This document shows positions 1-8,311 of a DNA stretch of 32,000 nt, piece after piece. Made by a program: the position numbers and the translations under genes. Position 1 is the first letter of the stretch, and the number at the start of each line of letters is the position of its first letter. Origin of the DNA: Vulcanisaeta distributa DSM 14429. Lineage in GTDB: Archaea > Thermoproteota > Thermoprotei > Thermoproteales > Thermocladiaceae. The notes beneath the pieces are model-generated. The model was not told where the DNA came from. It was given only the letters and a program-made list of their open reading frames with translations, and did not search any database. The DNA lies in contig NC_014537.1 in assembly GCF_000148385.1 (NCBI RefSeq), positions 1,830,001 through 1,862,000 on the forward strand, given 5' to 3'.

Positions 1-671
1 TCCCTCGCGGTTGCCTTCCAATTAATGAACTTGTATGGGTCACCAGGCACGTAATTCCTCACGGACCTAAATTCCGTGGAGTATGGGCCAAGCCTTGATG
101 GTGAGTACCTAGGTAATCCCTGTCTCGGCTTGACCATTCCGAGAACCCTCCTAACAATCTTGATCCTGGGTATTACCTGGACATTACCTCCAAGCTTTAT
201 GGAACCCTTAATTGGTTCGTGTATTCCCAGGGCATTATAATACACATAATCAATACTACCCAATGAGTAATTACCCCTCTTAACAGCCTTTAATACATAT
301 GTGAATCTCCTGTCCACATCGCCGAATCCCTTGAAGATTACGTGAACATTATTGCCCTTAACCAACTCAAAGCCCTCGGCCATTAACGTGTCAGGATTTG
401 GCGGCGCCCTAATTATTAAAAGGCCGAAGCCGCCGTGGATTTTAACGTTTAATTCTATGTTTAATTCCTCATCAACGTACATAACGCTTTTATCGGCGTT
501 GAGGGTTATCGATATCGTGGGCTTTTCGTCTAAGCTTAAAGCTATCACCAACGTGATTAGGGGGAAGAGTATGGGGAGTATGTACAACTTAGATGTTGTT
601 AGTACTGCGGCCACGGCTATAATCATTGGAAGTATTATGAGGAGCAGGAGTATTTTCGAGAATTCCCTCAT
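1..671 (-). CDS. DUF58-family protein (usual MoxR partner); C-terminus runs off the left edge of the window
   Basis: Absent from the supplied ORF track because it has no stop inside the window. Manual minus-strand translation from the ATG at 671-669 stays open to position 1. It begins MREFSKILLLLIILPMIIAVAAVLTTSKLYILPILFPLITLVIAL (two N-terminal TM helices) and ends ...FRSVRNYVPGDPYKFINWKATAR, the classic DUF58 signature (Y.PGD..R.I.WKATAR). It starts 9 nt after the moxR stop. Confidence 0.8.
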   Translation of the reverse strand, partial: MREFSKILLLLIILPMIIAVAAVLTTSKLYILPILFPLITLVIALSLDEKPTISITLNADKSVMYVDEELNIELNVKIHGGFGLLIIRAPPNPDTLMAEGFELVKGNNVHVIFKGFGDVDRRFTYVLKAVKRGNYSLGSIDYVYYNALGIHEPIKGSIKLGGNVQVIPRIKIVRRVLGMVKPRQGLPRYSPSRLGPYSTEFRSVRNYVPGDPYKFINWKATAR

Positions 672-680
672 TAGTAATCA

Positions 681-1634
681 CTACCTGGGTATTGGTATCT
701 TCTCAACATACTCCCTAACAATATCCTCACCACTAACCCCCTCCAGGGCGACCTCAGGCTTAAGCACAATTCTATGCCCAAGGGTTTCAATAATAACCCT
801 CTTTATATCGTCGGGTATTACGTAGTCCCTGCCATCGATAACCGCCATAGCCCTACCCATACTCATCAATGCCATCAATCCCCTGGGGCTTGGACCAGCA
901 AGTACCCTGGGATCCCTCCTAATAACGTTGAAGCTCACTACATACTTCATAACATCGTCACTAACAACAACGTTACTCTCCACGAAATTCCTAATCATTA
1001 ATAATTCATCACCACTTAATACAGTCCTTACCTGGGGTGTTGGGTCGTTACTACGCCATGAGATCCTACGCTTAAGTAACTCAACCTCATCCTTCGGATA
1101 TCCTAGTCTTATTCTTATCATGAATCTGTCTAGTTGTGCCTCTGGTAGTGGGTATGTTCCCTCGAGCTCTATGGGATTCTGCGTGGCGACTACAATGAAT
1201 GGCTGAGGGAGCTTAATCGTCTCACCCTCAATTGTTATCTGACCCTCCTGCATAGCCTCAAGCAAAGCAGACTGAACCTTAGGAGGAGCCCTATTAACCT
1301 CATCAGCAAGTACGAAATTTGCGAATATGGGGCCGAGCACCAACTCGAAACTACCCTTGTCAGGTCTCCAAACCTTAGTACCAATAATATCACTGGGTAG
1401 TAAGTCAGGCGTGAATTGAATTCTACTGAACCTAAGCCCGAGGACCTTAGCGAGCATTTTCGATAGGAAGGTCTTACCAGTACCTGGCACATCCTCAATG
1501 AGTATGTGACCGCCAGCAATAATCGAGGCTAGTATTTTTAATAGGATCTCTTCGTCACCGACAAAGTACTTGGTTATCTCGTTAATCACGGCCCTGACCC
1601 TCTCCGTTACATAACCAATGTCAACCTTACTCAT
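681..1634 (-). CDS. moxR: MoxR-family AAA+ ATPase
   Basis: 317 aa. Walker A is DVPGTGKTFLSK and Walker B is VLADEVNRAPPKVQSALLEAMQE. The motif ATQNPIELEGTYPLPEAQLDRF is diagnostic of the MoxR/AAA_3 subfamily. Confidence 0.95.
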   Translation of the reverse strand: MSKVDIGYVTERVRAVINEITKYFVGDEEILLKILASIIAGGHILIEDVPGTGKTFLSKMLAKVLGLRFSRIQFTPDLLPSDIIGTKVWRPDKGSFELVLGPIFANFVLADEVNRAPPKVQSALLEAMQEGQITIEGETIKLPQPFIVVATQNPIELEGTYPLPEAQLDRFMIRIRLGYPKDEVELLKRRISWRSNDPTPQVRTVLSGDELLMIRNFVESNVVVSDDVMKYVVSFNVIRRDPRVLAGPSPRGLMALMSMGRAMAVIDGRDYVIPDDIKRVIIETLGHRIVLKPEVALEGVSGEDIVREYVEKIPIPR

Positions 1635-1668
1635 TACTAGCCTAAGTTGGTATTAAGAGTAAGGTAAA

Positions 1669-2739
1669 TTAAGTATTTTTGTTGCTCAATAATTCATTGA
1701 GTAACTCATTGATGAGGTTAATCCTATCCCTAACCTCCATTTCAAGGATCCTCCTATTAACCCTCTTACAGGTTACTACACTTGAGTAGTTAATTAATTT
1801 ATCAAGCTTATCAATAATCATCTTATAATCTAAGCCATCATTTGTTAATTCATGGACCAGGTATGCGATCAATTTATCCTTCTTACCGTTAACCACGAAC
1901 TCCCTAACAGCCTCCTCGAAAAGTGAGTACTCAGGTGATGGTACAACCTTAATCTCACGCCTATGTTTCTCATACAATTCCTCCTCGATACTCTCCACAA
2001 CCTCTAGCCCACTGATGTATAGTTTATAGCCCGCGTATATTATGGATGTTGAGGCAATAATTATGAACACTATTAGTATGTACGTGTTCCATATTGATGG
2101 TTTTGGAATTGAAAGTAAGGAATACAACAGACCAATGCCAAAAGCCGCAAGGGCTAACGGGCGTGAATTCCCAATAACTCCCCTGACATTGATGCCGCGG
2201 CTCTCAATCACAGTGGCTGACGTAAGTACTAGGTAAACAATGGATACTGCCGCGAATGGGTAGAATAATGGTAAGTAAATAGCACCAAATAGATAACCAA
2301 GCCCAAGGAATACGAAGAAATACGACAAGTACTTAAGTAATGACTCAGTGAAACCTATCCCAATCATCTGCCTCGTTGAATATCTATTGACTATCGCGCC
2401 AATTATGACCAGGGCTAGGAAATTCATTAGGTAATTAATAATGGAGGAATACTCCCTGTAATTAACAATTAGTATGGAGGTTAAGCCCCCAATCAGTAGG
2501 TATATGAACAGTGAAGGCGCCACTAAACTCCTAAGTACATCGGCAACGATGCTACTACGGTACCTAATTAAATTACTTATTAAAATTGTTGTTATCAGGG
2601 CTGCTGTTGGTATCACAAATATAGCGATTAAGTAAGTGCCAATGGACCTTATCAAAAGAATGAACAACGTAAATAATGTGAGTATTACGTATGCAACTAC
2701 GTACCTAATAATTAAATTATGAGGCTCTCTCACAAACAA
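1669..2739 (-). CDS. Polytopic membrane protein with charged C-terminal cytoplasmic domain, family not recognised
   Basis: 356 aa. About 250 aa of consecutive hydrophobic helices are followed by a charged helical tail (EEELYEKHRREIKVVPSPEYSLFEEAVREF...). It overlaps the upstream gene by 23 nt and lies 34 nt upstream of moxR on the same strand. The start codon is uncertain. Confidence 0.6.
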   Translation of the reverse strand: MFVREPHNLIIRYVVAYVILTLFTLFILLIRSIGTYLIAIFVIPTAALITTILISNLIRYRSSIVADVLRSLVAPSLFIYLLIGGLTSILIVNYREYSSIINYLMNFLALVIIGAIVNRYSTRQMIGIGFTESLLKYLSYFFVFLGLGYLFGAIYLPLFYPFAAVSIVYLVLTSATVIESRGINVRGVIGNSRPLALAAFGIGLLYSLLSIPKPSIWNTYILIVFIIIASTSIIYAGYKLYISGLEVVESIEEELYEKHRREIKVVPSPEYSLFEEAVREFVVNGKKDKLIAYLVHELTNDGLDYKMIIDKLDKLINYSSVVTCKRVNRRILEMEVRDRINLINELLNELLSNKNT

Positions 2740-3856
2740 TCACCCTGGCATCCCTAAAGACCTTACTTAGTGCCCTAAGGAATTCCTCATAATCACGCCT
2801 ATCAACATCCCTAAGCCCATATCTAACCATCTCGAATAACCTAATGATCGTATTTATTGAATTCCACTCACCATTAATGACGCCATCATTAACCAACTGT
2901 CTCATCGCCTCCCTAATGGTCGCTGAGTCCTTAATTACGAAATTTCCTATGTTCAACCTAATAAAATTAACGACATCATCCCTATAATCACTGGCTCTAA
3001 TAAATAATCGCTCCTCCCTATCACCAAGCCCAATGCTAATACCATAACAACCCCTTAAAGGCATTATTAACGAGTCCTCCTTAAGAATCCCTGGTCTCGT
3101 AACAGTGACCAAAGCACCCCCCTTAATAATTATGGGTAATGGTTCATTGAATCTCCATATTAATGGTAAATCCCTGGGTATTCCTAAGTCAATAATATCA
3201 TTACCACCCCAACCACTAATAACCTTCACGACTTCCCCCGGGAGTAATTCAACTTCTCTTGATAATTTAATGTGCACATCACTACCACCTTTTGAGACCA
3301 CATTAATTTTGAGATTACTCTTTACATTGACATTGGTATTACTGCTTAATTGACTACTCCCATGAATCTCTCTCCTTACTATTGTTAATGAGCTAATGCT
3401 GATGATTATGATTGCCGTGATTATTACGATGATAACCAATAATGGTGGTATCCTTAATGGAGCCACCGTATTACTAACATACTGCTGGCTATTTCCTGAA
3501 CCCTCCTGTAAGCCCGATGTGCCTGAATAACCACCGCCCCATGGTTGTGGGGGTCTTGGCGTACTTATAACTATGTACCTCGTGATATTGATTGGTATGT
3601 TAGGCATTACTATTGGTAGTGGTATTAATGGTACGTACAATTCCGCACCACGAGTTTCGTTAACATGCTGCGGTATTGTTATGTTTATTGGTGGTAACGT
3701 GATTACGGGTTGTGGTAGATTCACATGAATATTTAATGAGCCACCTCCCTGCGCTGCCTTTGATTCATTCAATTTTATTAATACGCCAATTGAGGACGCC
3801 AATAACCACGTTATTAATAATCCAATGACCAATATCAAGATTGCGGATTTATTCAC
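2717..3856 (-). CDS. Two-TM membrane protein with Pro-rich external loop and DUF4129-like C-terminal domain
   Basis: 379 aa. TM1 is ILILVIGLLITWLLASSIGVLI. The Pro-rich loop carries several N-x-S/T sequons (LPQPVITLPPINITIPQHVNET...STPRPPQPWGGG). TM2 is PLLVIIVIITAIIIISISSL. The C-terminus ...SATIREAMRQLVNDG...IIRLFEMVRYGLRDVDRRDYEEFLRAL resembles the DUF4129 pattern (T.RE...ye.arYg) found in MoxR/DUF58 neighbourhoods. That assignment is from memory of the family pattern, not from a search. Confidence 0.6.
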   Translation of the reverse strand: MNKSAILILVIGLLITWLLASSIGVLIKLNESKAAQGGGSLNIHVNLPQPVITLPPINITIPQHVNETRGAELYVPLIPLPIVMPNIPINITRYIVISTPRPPQPWGGGYSGTSGLQEGSGNSQQYVSNTVAPLRIPPLLVIIVIITAIIIISISSLTIVRREIHGSSQLSSNTNVNVKSNLKINVVSKGGSDVHIKLSREVELLPGEVVKVISGWGGNDIIDLGIPRDLPLIWRFNEPLPIIIKGGALVTVTRPGILKEDSLIMPLRGCYGISIGLGDREERLFIRASDYRDDVVNFIRLNIGNFVIKDSATIREAMRQLVNDGVINGEWNSINTIIRLFEMVRYGLRDVDRRDYEEFLRALSKVFRDARVIVCERAS

Positions 3857-3904
3857 ACAATCATTAACAAACCTTGAATTTAAAATTCTTAGTAATCCTG
3901 CTAC

Positions 3905-4597
3905 TTACCTATTACCTAATTCATTAAATACCCTGCCTAGGTCAAGAGTTAGCAGCGCAGTACCTATACTAATGAGCAACCCACCAATCAGTGGTGTCTC
4001 TATCATTAGGATGCCGATTATTGCGATTAGGGAGTCTATCTTAATCCTCTTAATATTGAAATCATTACCCAACCTATATAGGGTCATCATGCTTAAGATG
4101 GATCCGAGGACGCCTAGGACCAACGATATGAAGAGAGGCAGTGGTAAGTATAACGAAAATACTATGAAATACTTATTATATGTCAATATAAGCGGTTCCA
4201 ACATTAGTGGCTTGGGGATTAGGGCATTGCCTACGAGTTCGTTAACCATTAAATAACCCATGTAGAGTATGTTCATGAAGTACGAGGTTGTGATTATCAA
4301 AGAACCAACAAACCCAATGAAATACCTCCTACTATAATGAACCAAGTCTCTAAAACCAAGCAACCAAAAAATCACCACCAGCACATACGGTATTACAGTG
4401 GATATTAAGAGGAAGTATGAGATCACTACCGTGAATATGTAAGCAGCCATAGGAGTGATTAATAATGATAAAAGCAACAATATTGTCAGAATAATTGCGT
4501 CAGCAGATATTATGAGTAATGACCAACGGATATAGTCAATTCCACGCTCCAGGAGGTCAATCGACATTACCCTAATAACTTTAACCAGGAAGTGCAA
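3905..4597 (-). CDS. Polytopic membrane protein, family not recognised
   Basis: 230 aa, almost entirely hydrophobic helices (about 6 TM). It is on the same strand as the MoxR cluster and sits 12 nt after the stop of the MBL gene. The alternative + strand ORF 3825..4256 has unnatural S/L/P/N-rich composition. The true start may be the internal Met (MSIDLLERG). Confidence 0.55.
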   Translation of the reverse strand: MHFLVKVIRVMSIDLLERGIDYIRWSLLIISADAIILTILLLLSLLITPMAAYIFTVVISYFLLISTVIPYVLVVIFWLLGFRDLVHYSRRYFIGFVGSLIITTSYFMNILYMGYLMVNELVGNALIPKPLMLEPLILTYNKYFIVFSLYLPLPLFISLVLGVLGSILSMMTLYRLGNDFNIKRIKIDSLIAIIGILMIETPLIGGLLISIGTALLTLDLGRVFNELGNR

Positions 4598-4609
4598 TTT
4601 AAAGCATTA

Positions 4610-5419
4610 TTAAAGCTCAATTACGGAACCAACACCACCAAGCCTAGACGCCCTTGGCATAGCATTGTACAAGGCTGCAATACCAAGAATACCCGTACAG
4701 TGGGTCCCAATTACAATGCTGGGTGACTTATTGGCTAAATAATTGGTTACCTGCCTAATCCTATCCTCGCTTAATCCCATGAAATGAAGCCCTCCAATAA
4801 CTGCGTACAGCTTGTTCAACCCAGTTACCTGGAATCCATACTCCACAATATTCTCAACCCCAGAATGCCCACAACCCGTTAAAGCTATCAACCCATTCGG
4901 GTGCTTTATATACAATGCCATATCATCAGGCACCTCATCAGTAACGGCGCCTGTGTGTGATGGACCCCACTTCCTAGGTATCTCACCCGACACAATAACG
5001 TCGTTAGCAATCCTATAGGGCTCCTTAATTAGTATTAACTCAACGCCCCTACTCTCCAGATACTCCCTCGTGAAGTCCACGCTTATATCCTCAAGTTTAC
5101 CGCCTTCGCTGGTAGCGTAGGCCTTCGTGAATAGATTAGTGTGTGCAATCATTTTTATGGGTCTTGACCTGGCGTTCAGGAATGCACGAACACCGCCTGT
5201 GTGGTCAATGTGCCTATGGCTAATTACCAGGTACTCCGGCTCGTTTAGGTCTATGCCGAGTGCCCTCATATTATTTAATAGGGCTGTCCCCGTAAGTCCC
5301 GTATCATATAATATCCTATAATCATGCACATATGCCGCAAACCCCCACTCGCTCAGTAACCGCTTACTTAATGAGGATAGTTGTGTTGCATAGTTATCCA
5401 CCAATATTGTTATTTTCAT
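4610..5419 (-). CDS. Metallo-beta-lactamase-fold hydrolase (COG1237-like)
   Basis: 269 aa. The N-terminus MKITILVDN is typical of the archaeal COG1237 MBL group. The metal motif is ISHRHIDHTGG (HxHxDH), with later GCGHSG and GTHCTG. Confidence 0.85.
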   Translation of the reverse strand: MKITILVDNYATQLSSLSKRLLSEWGFAAYVHDYRILYDTGLTGTALLNNMRALGIDLNEPEYLVISHRHIDHTGGVRAFLNARSRPIKMIAHTNLFTKAYATSEGGKLEDISVDFTREYLESRGVELILIKEPYRIANDVIVSGEIPRKWGPSHTGAVTDEVPDDMALYIKHPNGLIALTGCGHSGVENIVEYGFQVTGLNKLYAVIGGLHFMGLSEDRIRQVTNYLANKSPSIVIGTHCTGILGIAALYNAMPRASRLGGVGSVIEL

Positions 5420-5491
5420 AATTTTACTCCGGTTTACTTAAATTTTAAGTTTTAATGTATATATTTCTATATATGAATTATATCCAGAAGT

Positions 5492-5500
5492 CTTATAAAT
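5492..5500 (+). promoter_or_regulatory. TATA-box-like element upstream of the acyl-CoA synthetase gene
   Basis: The sequence cttataaat ends 20 nt before the ATG at 5521. That spacing fits an archaeal TATA-to-TSS distance with a leaderless or very short leader mRNA. It sits in a 101-bp AT-rich divergent spacer. Confidence 0.45.
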
Positions 5501-5520
5501 CATGAATAAGCATCAGCAAC

Positions 5521-7206
5521 ATGCCATCTGAGGAGATTAAGTCCTTCTTCTATGACTTCCAATTAACAATAGATAAGATACTTGACTATGTAGTCACTGC
5601 CTTCCCAAATAATGAGATTGTTTATTGGCCCCCTAGCGGCTCCAGGACATCGGTCACATTCGCCCAACTCGCCGATAGGGTTCGTAGAATTGCAGCCGCC
5701 TTAATGGACCTTGGTCTAAAGCCTGGCAGGGCTTGGGAATTAGGTAGTAGGGTTGCGGTGCTTGAGTGGAATACCCTCAGGTACCTCGACCTTTACTACG
5801 CAGTACCGAGCATTGGCGCTGCCCTATTCACGGTCAATGCAATGCTCGCCCCCAAGGAGATCATATACACAATGGGTGTTGCTAAACCTGAGGTATTTAT
5901 CGTAAATATTGATTATTTCGAGCCATTGCTAAAGCCAATTCTTAATAATGTCAAGAGCATAAAGGCCATTATTTATATGAGTGATAGGGGTAAGGTGCCG
6001 GGTCAGGATTATGGTGTTAGGATGATACCATATGAGGACCTACTAAGGCACGAACCATTAAAGGAATTCCCAGAGATAGACGAAAGAACACCGGCGACAC
6101 TAATGTTCACGTCAGGAACAACAGGATTACCTAAGGGAGGGTACCATACCCATAGGGGGTTGGTATTGCATACTTTGTCCACGGCGCTTGCCGTGAAGAA
6201 CCCACCCATAAATGCCTCGCAGGATGATGTTGCCATGGTTTTAGTACCCATGTATCATGTTCATGCATGGGGTTGGCCGTGGTCAACCATGCTTGGCGGC
6301 CATAGGAAGATCGTATATCCAGGTCGCTTTGATTGGGGACACATACTAAGGTTAATCCATGACGAGGGAATCACATTATCGGCAGGCGTACCAACAATAC
6401 TATACAACCTACTTAACCACCCAGACTCGCCTAAGTATGACCTTAGCAGGTTGAAGTTTATAGTTGGCGGTGCGGCATTACCTGAGGGATTACTGAAGGC
6501 TGCCCAGGCCAGGGGTATGACTGTGATAAGCGGCTATGGTTTGACGGAAACCGCGCCAGTACTCACCATCGCCTATTTAAGGCCTGATCACAAGGATTTA
6601 CCGCCTGAGAAGAAGAACGAGATTTACCTAAGGACAGGGATCGTAATACCTCTCGTTCAGTTGCGCGTTGTTGATGAGCAGGATAGGGATGTTCCGAGGG
6701 ATGGTAAGACCATCGGCGAGATCGTGGTTAGAGCTCCATGGCTCTTCAGGGAGTACATTGGTGACCCCGAGAAGACTAAGAATGCTTGGCGCAATGGCTG
6801 GTTCCACACAGGGGATGCCGCAGTTTGGCTACCTGACAATTACGTTAAGATCGCTGATAGGCTTAAGGACGTAATCAAAAGCGGTGGAGAATGGATACCA
6901 AGTCTCAGGCTTGAGGACTTAATAAGCACGCACCCAGGCGTTAACATGGTAGCCGTTGTCGGCGTACCTCATGAGAAGTGGGGTGAGAGGCCCGTGGCCA
7001 TTATCGTACCAAAACCTGGCTATGAAGGTAGGCTTACTGAGGATGAAATTAGGAATTACCTTATGCAGTTTGTGGAGAGGGGTGAGATACCAAAGTGGTG
7101 GATACCGGACAAGGTAATATTTGTGAAGGAGCTGCCATTAACGAGTACTGGTAAGATAGATAAGAAGGTGCTCAGGGATCAATATAAGGATGTGCTTAGT
7201 AAGTAA
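5521..7206 (+). CDS. AMP-forming acyl-CoA synthetase / fatty-acid-CoA ligase
   Basis: 561 aa. The AMP-binding signature is MFTSGTTGLPKGGYHTH, followed by GYGLTETAP, WFHTGD and the C-terminal PLTSTGKIDKKVLR. Confidence 0.9.
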   Translation: MPSEEIKSFFYDFQLTIDKILDYVVTAFPNNEIVYWPPSGSRTSVTFAQLADRVRRIAAALMDLGLKPGRAWELGSRVAVLEWNTLRYLDLYYAVPSIGAALFTVNAMLAPKEIIYTMGVAKPEVFIVNIDYFEPLLKPILNNVKSIKAIIYMSDRGKVPGQDYGVRMIPYEDLLRHEPLKEFPEIDERTPATLMFTSGTTGLPKGGYHTHRGLVLHTLSTALAVKNPPINASQDDVAMVLVPMYHVHAWGWPWSTMLGGHRKIVYPGRFDWGHILRLIHDEGITLSAGVPTILYNLLNHPDSPKYDLSRLKFIVGGAALPEGLLKAAQARGMTVISGYGLTETAPVLTIAYLRPDHKDLPPEKKNEIYLRTGIVIPLVQLRVVDEQDRDVPRDGKTIGEIVVRAPWLFREYIGDPEKTKNAWRNGWFHTGDAAVWLPDNYVKIADRLKDVIKSGGEWIPSLRLEDLISTHPGVNMVAVVGVPHEKWGERPVAIIVPKPGYEGRLTEDEIRNYLMQFVERGEIPKWWIPDKVIFVKELPLTSTGKIDKKVLRDQYKDVLSK

Positions 7207-7244
7207 GTGCTTAAATCTAAATCATTGAATTGACTTGAATAAAA

Positions 7245-7985
7245 ATGAGGATCGTTTCATGGAACGTTAATGGTTTGAGGAGTATAATGAGGAAGGGCTC
7301 ACTCGATAGGCTACTAAGTATGGGTAATTACGATGTTGTTCTACTCCAGGAGATTAGAAGTTCAGGTGATGTTCCACTAACGATAATGGGGCTGGGCTAT
7401 GAAGCGTACCCATTCCCTGCCGAGAGGAAGGGCTACGCAGGTGTTATGACTCTCACGAAGGTAAAGCCTATCTCCGTTATCAAGGGCCTTGGTATCAAGG
7501 AATTTGATGCAGAGGGTAGGGTAATTACTGTGGAATTTAATGAGTTCTACGTTGTTAATGCTTACTTTCCAAGGGCTGGTGATGACCTTAGTAGGCTGGG
7601 TTTTAAGATATCCTTCTGCGGCGCCATTGAGAAATTTTTGAATGAATTAAGAAGTAGAAAGCCCGTTATTGTATGCGGAGACTTCAATATTGCCAGGGAT
7701 AGGCTTGATTCCTCATTTTGGGACGAGAAACATCCTGGCTTAACCCCTGAGGAGAGGGCTTGGCTTAGTCAACTCATTAAGGATGGATTCATCGACGCCT
7801 TCAGGGAACTCCACCCAAATGCTAGGGTGTTTACGTGGCGTAGTTATAAGGAGAGGTGGAGGGCTATGAGGATTGATTATTGCATGGTTAGTGAGGAATT
7901 GAGGGGTAAGGTGATTAAGGCTGAGGTTTTAAGTGATGTGGAGGGTTCTGACCACGTGCCGGTCATGATTGAGATAAGCAACTAA
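7245..7985 (+). CDS. xth: Exodeoxyribonuclease III / AP endonuclease (ExoIII/APE1 family)
   Basis: 246 aa. It contains MRIVSWNVNGLRS, LLQEI, VVNAYFP, VCGDFNIA, TWRSY, RIDYCMVS and SDHVPV, the full set of EEP-superfamily catalytic motifs. Confidence 0.9.
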   Translation: MRIVSWNVNGLRSIMRKGSLDRLLSMGNYDVVLLQEIRSSGDVPLTIMGLGYEAYPFPAERKGYAGVMTLTKVKPISVIKGLGIKEFDAEGRVITVEFNEFYVVNAYFPRAGDDLSRLGFKISFCGAIEKFLNELRSRKPVIVCGDFNIARDRLDSSFWDEKHPGLTPEERAWLSQLIKDGFIDAFRELHPNARVFTWRSYKERWRAMRIDYCMVSEELRGKVIKAEVLSDVEGSDHVPVMIEISN

Positions 7986-8298
7986 GGGATAAACCACCAC
8001 GTATTAACAATCTATATACGAAGCACCTATCCTCATGCCCACTACAGCGGGCTTTACACCTGAGCTCATCATCGACTATTTCACAGTTAATAATATACTC
8101 ATTGCCACCATACTTATCGATATAACGAACACCAAGCCCATAGGCTAACGCAATCAGTAGGTAATCAATTGGTCTTAAACCATCTACCTTAATAACCGAG
8201 CCATTAATATAAACGTAATACTCAGAATCCCTTCTGAGGAGTTTTATAATCATTATAAAAGTAATGATTATTCTTATGATTTTTAAGGGAAATTCCAC
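7963..8298 (-). CDS. Hypothetical small Cys-rich protein downstream of YeeE/YedE
   Basis: 111-aa ORF starting 13 nt after the YeeE/YedE stop on the same strand. It has a hydrophobic N-terminus, then a C-terminal cluster CEIVDDELRCKARCSGHEDRC (C-x9-C-x3-C-x6-C). No family recognised. Its 3' end overlaps the xth 3' end by 23 nt. Start uncertain. Confidence 0.35.
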   Translation of the reverse strand: MEFPLKIIRIIITFIMIIKLLRRDSEYYVYINGSVIKVDGLRPIDYLLIALAYGLGVRYIDKYGGNEYIINCEIVDDELRCKARCSGHEDRCFVYRLLIRGGLSLSCLSQS

Positions 8299-8311
8299 AT
8301 TACTTATGCAA

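Noticed and set aside
352-825. 157-aa + strand ORF in the track
   Set aside because: It lies antisense to the DUF58 gene (1..671) and to the moxR 3' end, both of which carry strong family motifs. Its S/I/L/T-rich composition is typical of a shadow ORF.
3825-4256. 143-aa + strand ORF overlapping the 3905..4597 membrane gene
   Set aside because: The minus-strand product forms regular TM helices and fits the tightly packed minus-strand cluster. The + strand product has no domain-like features. This choice remains only moderately certain.
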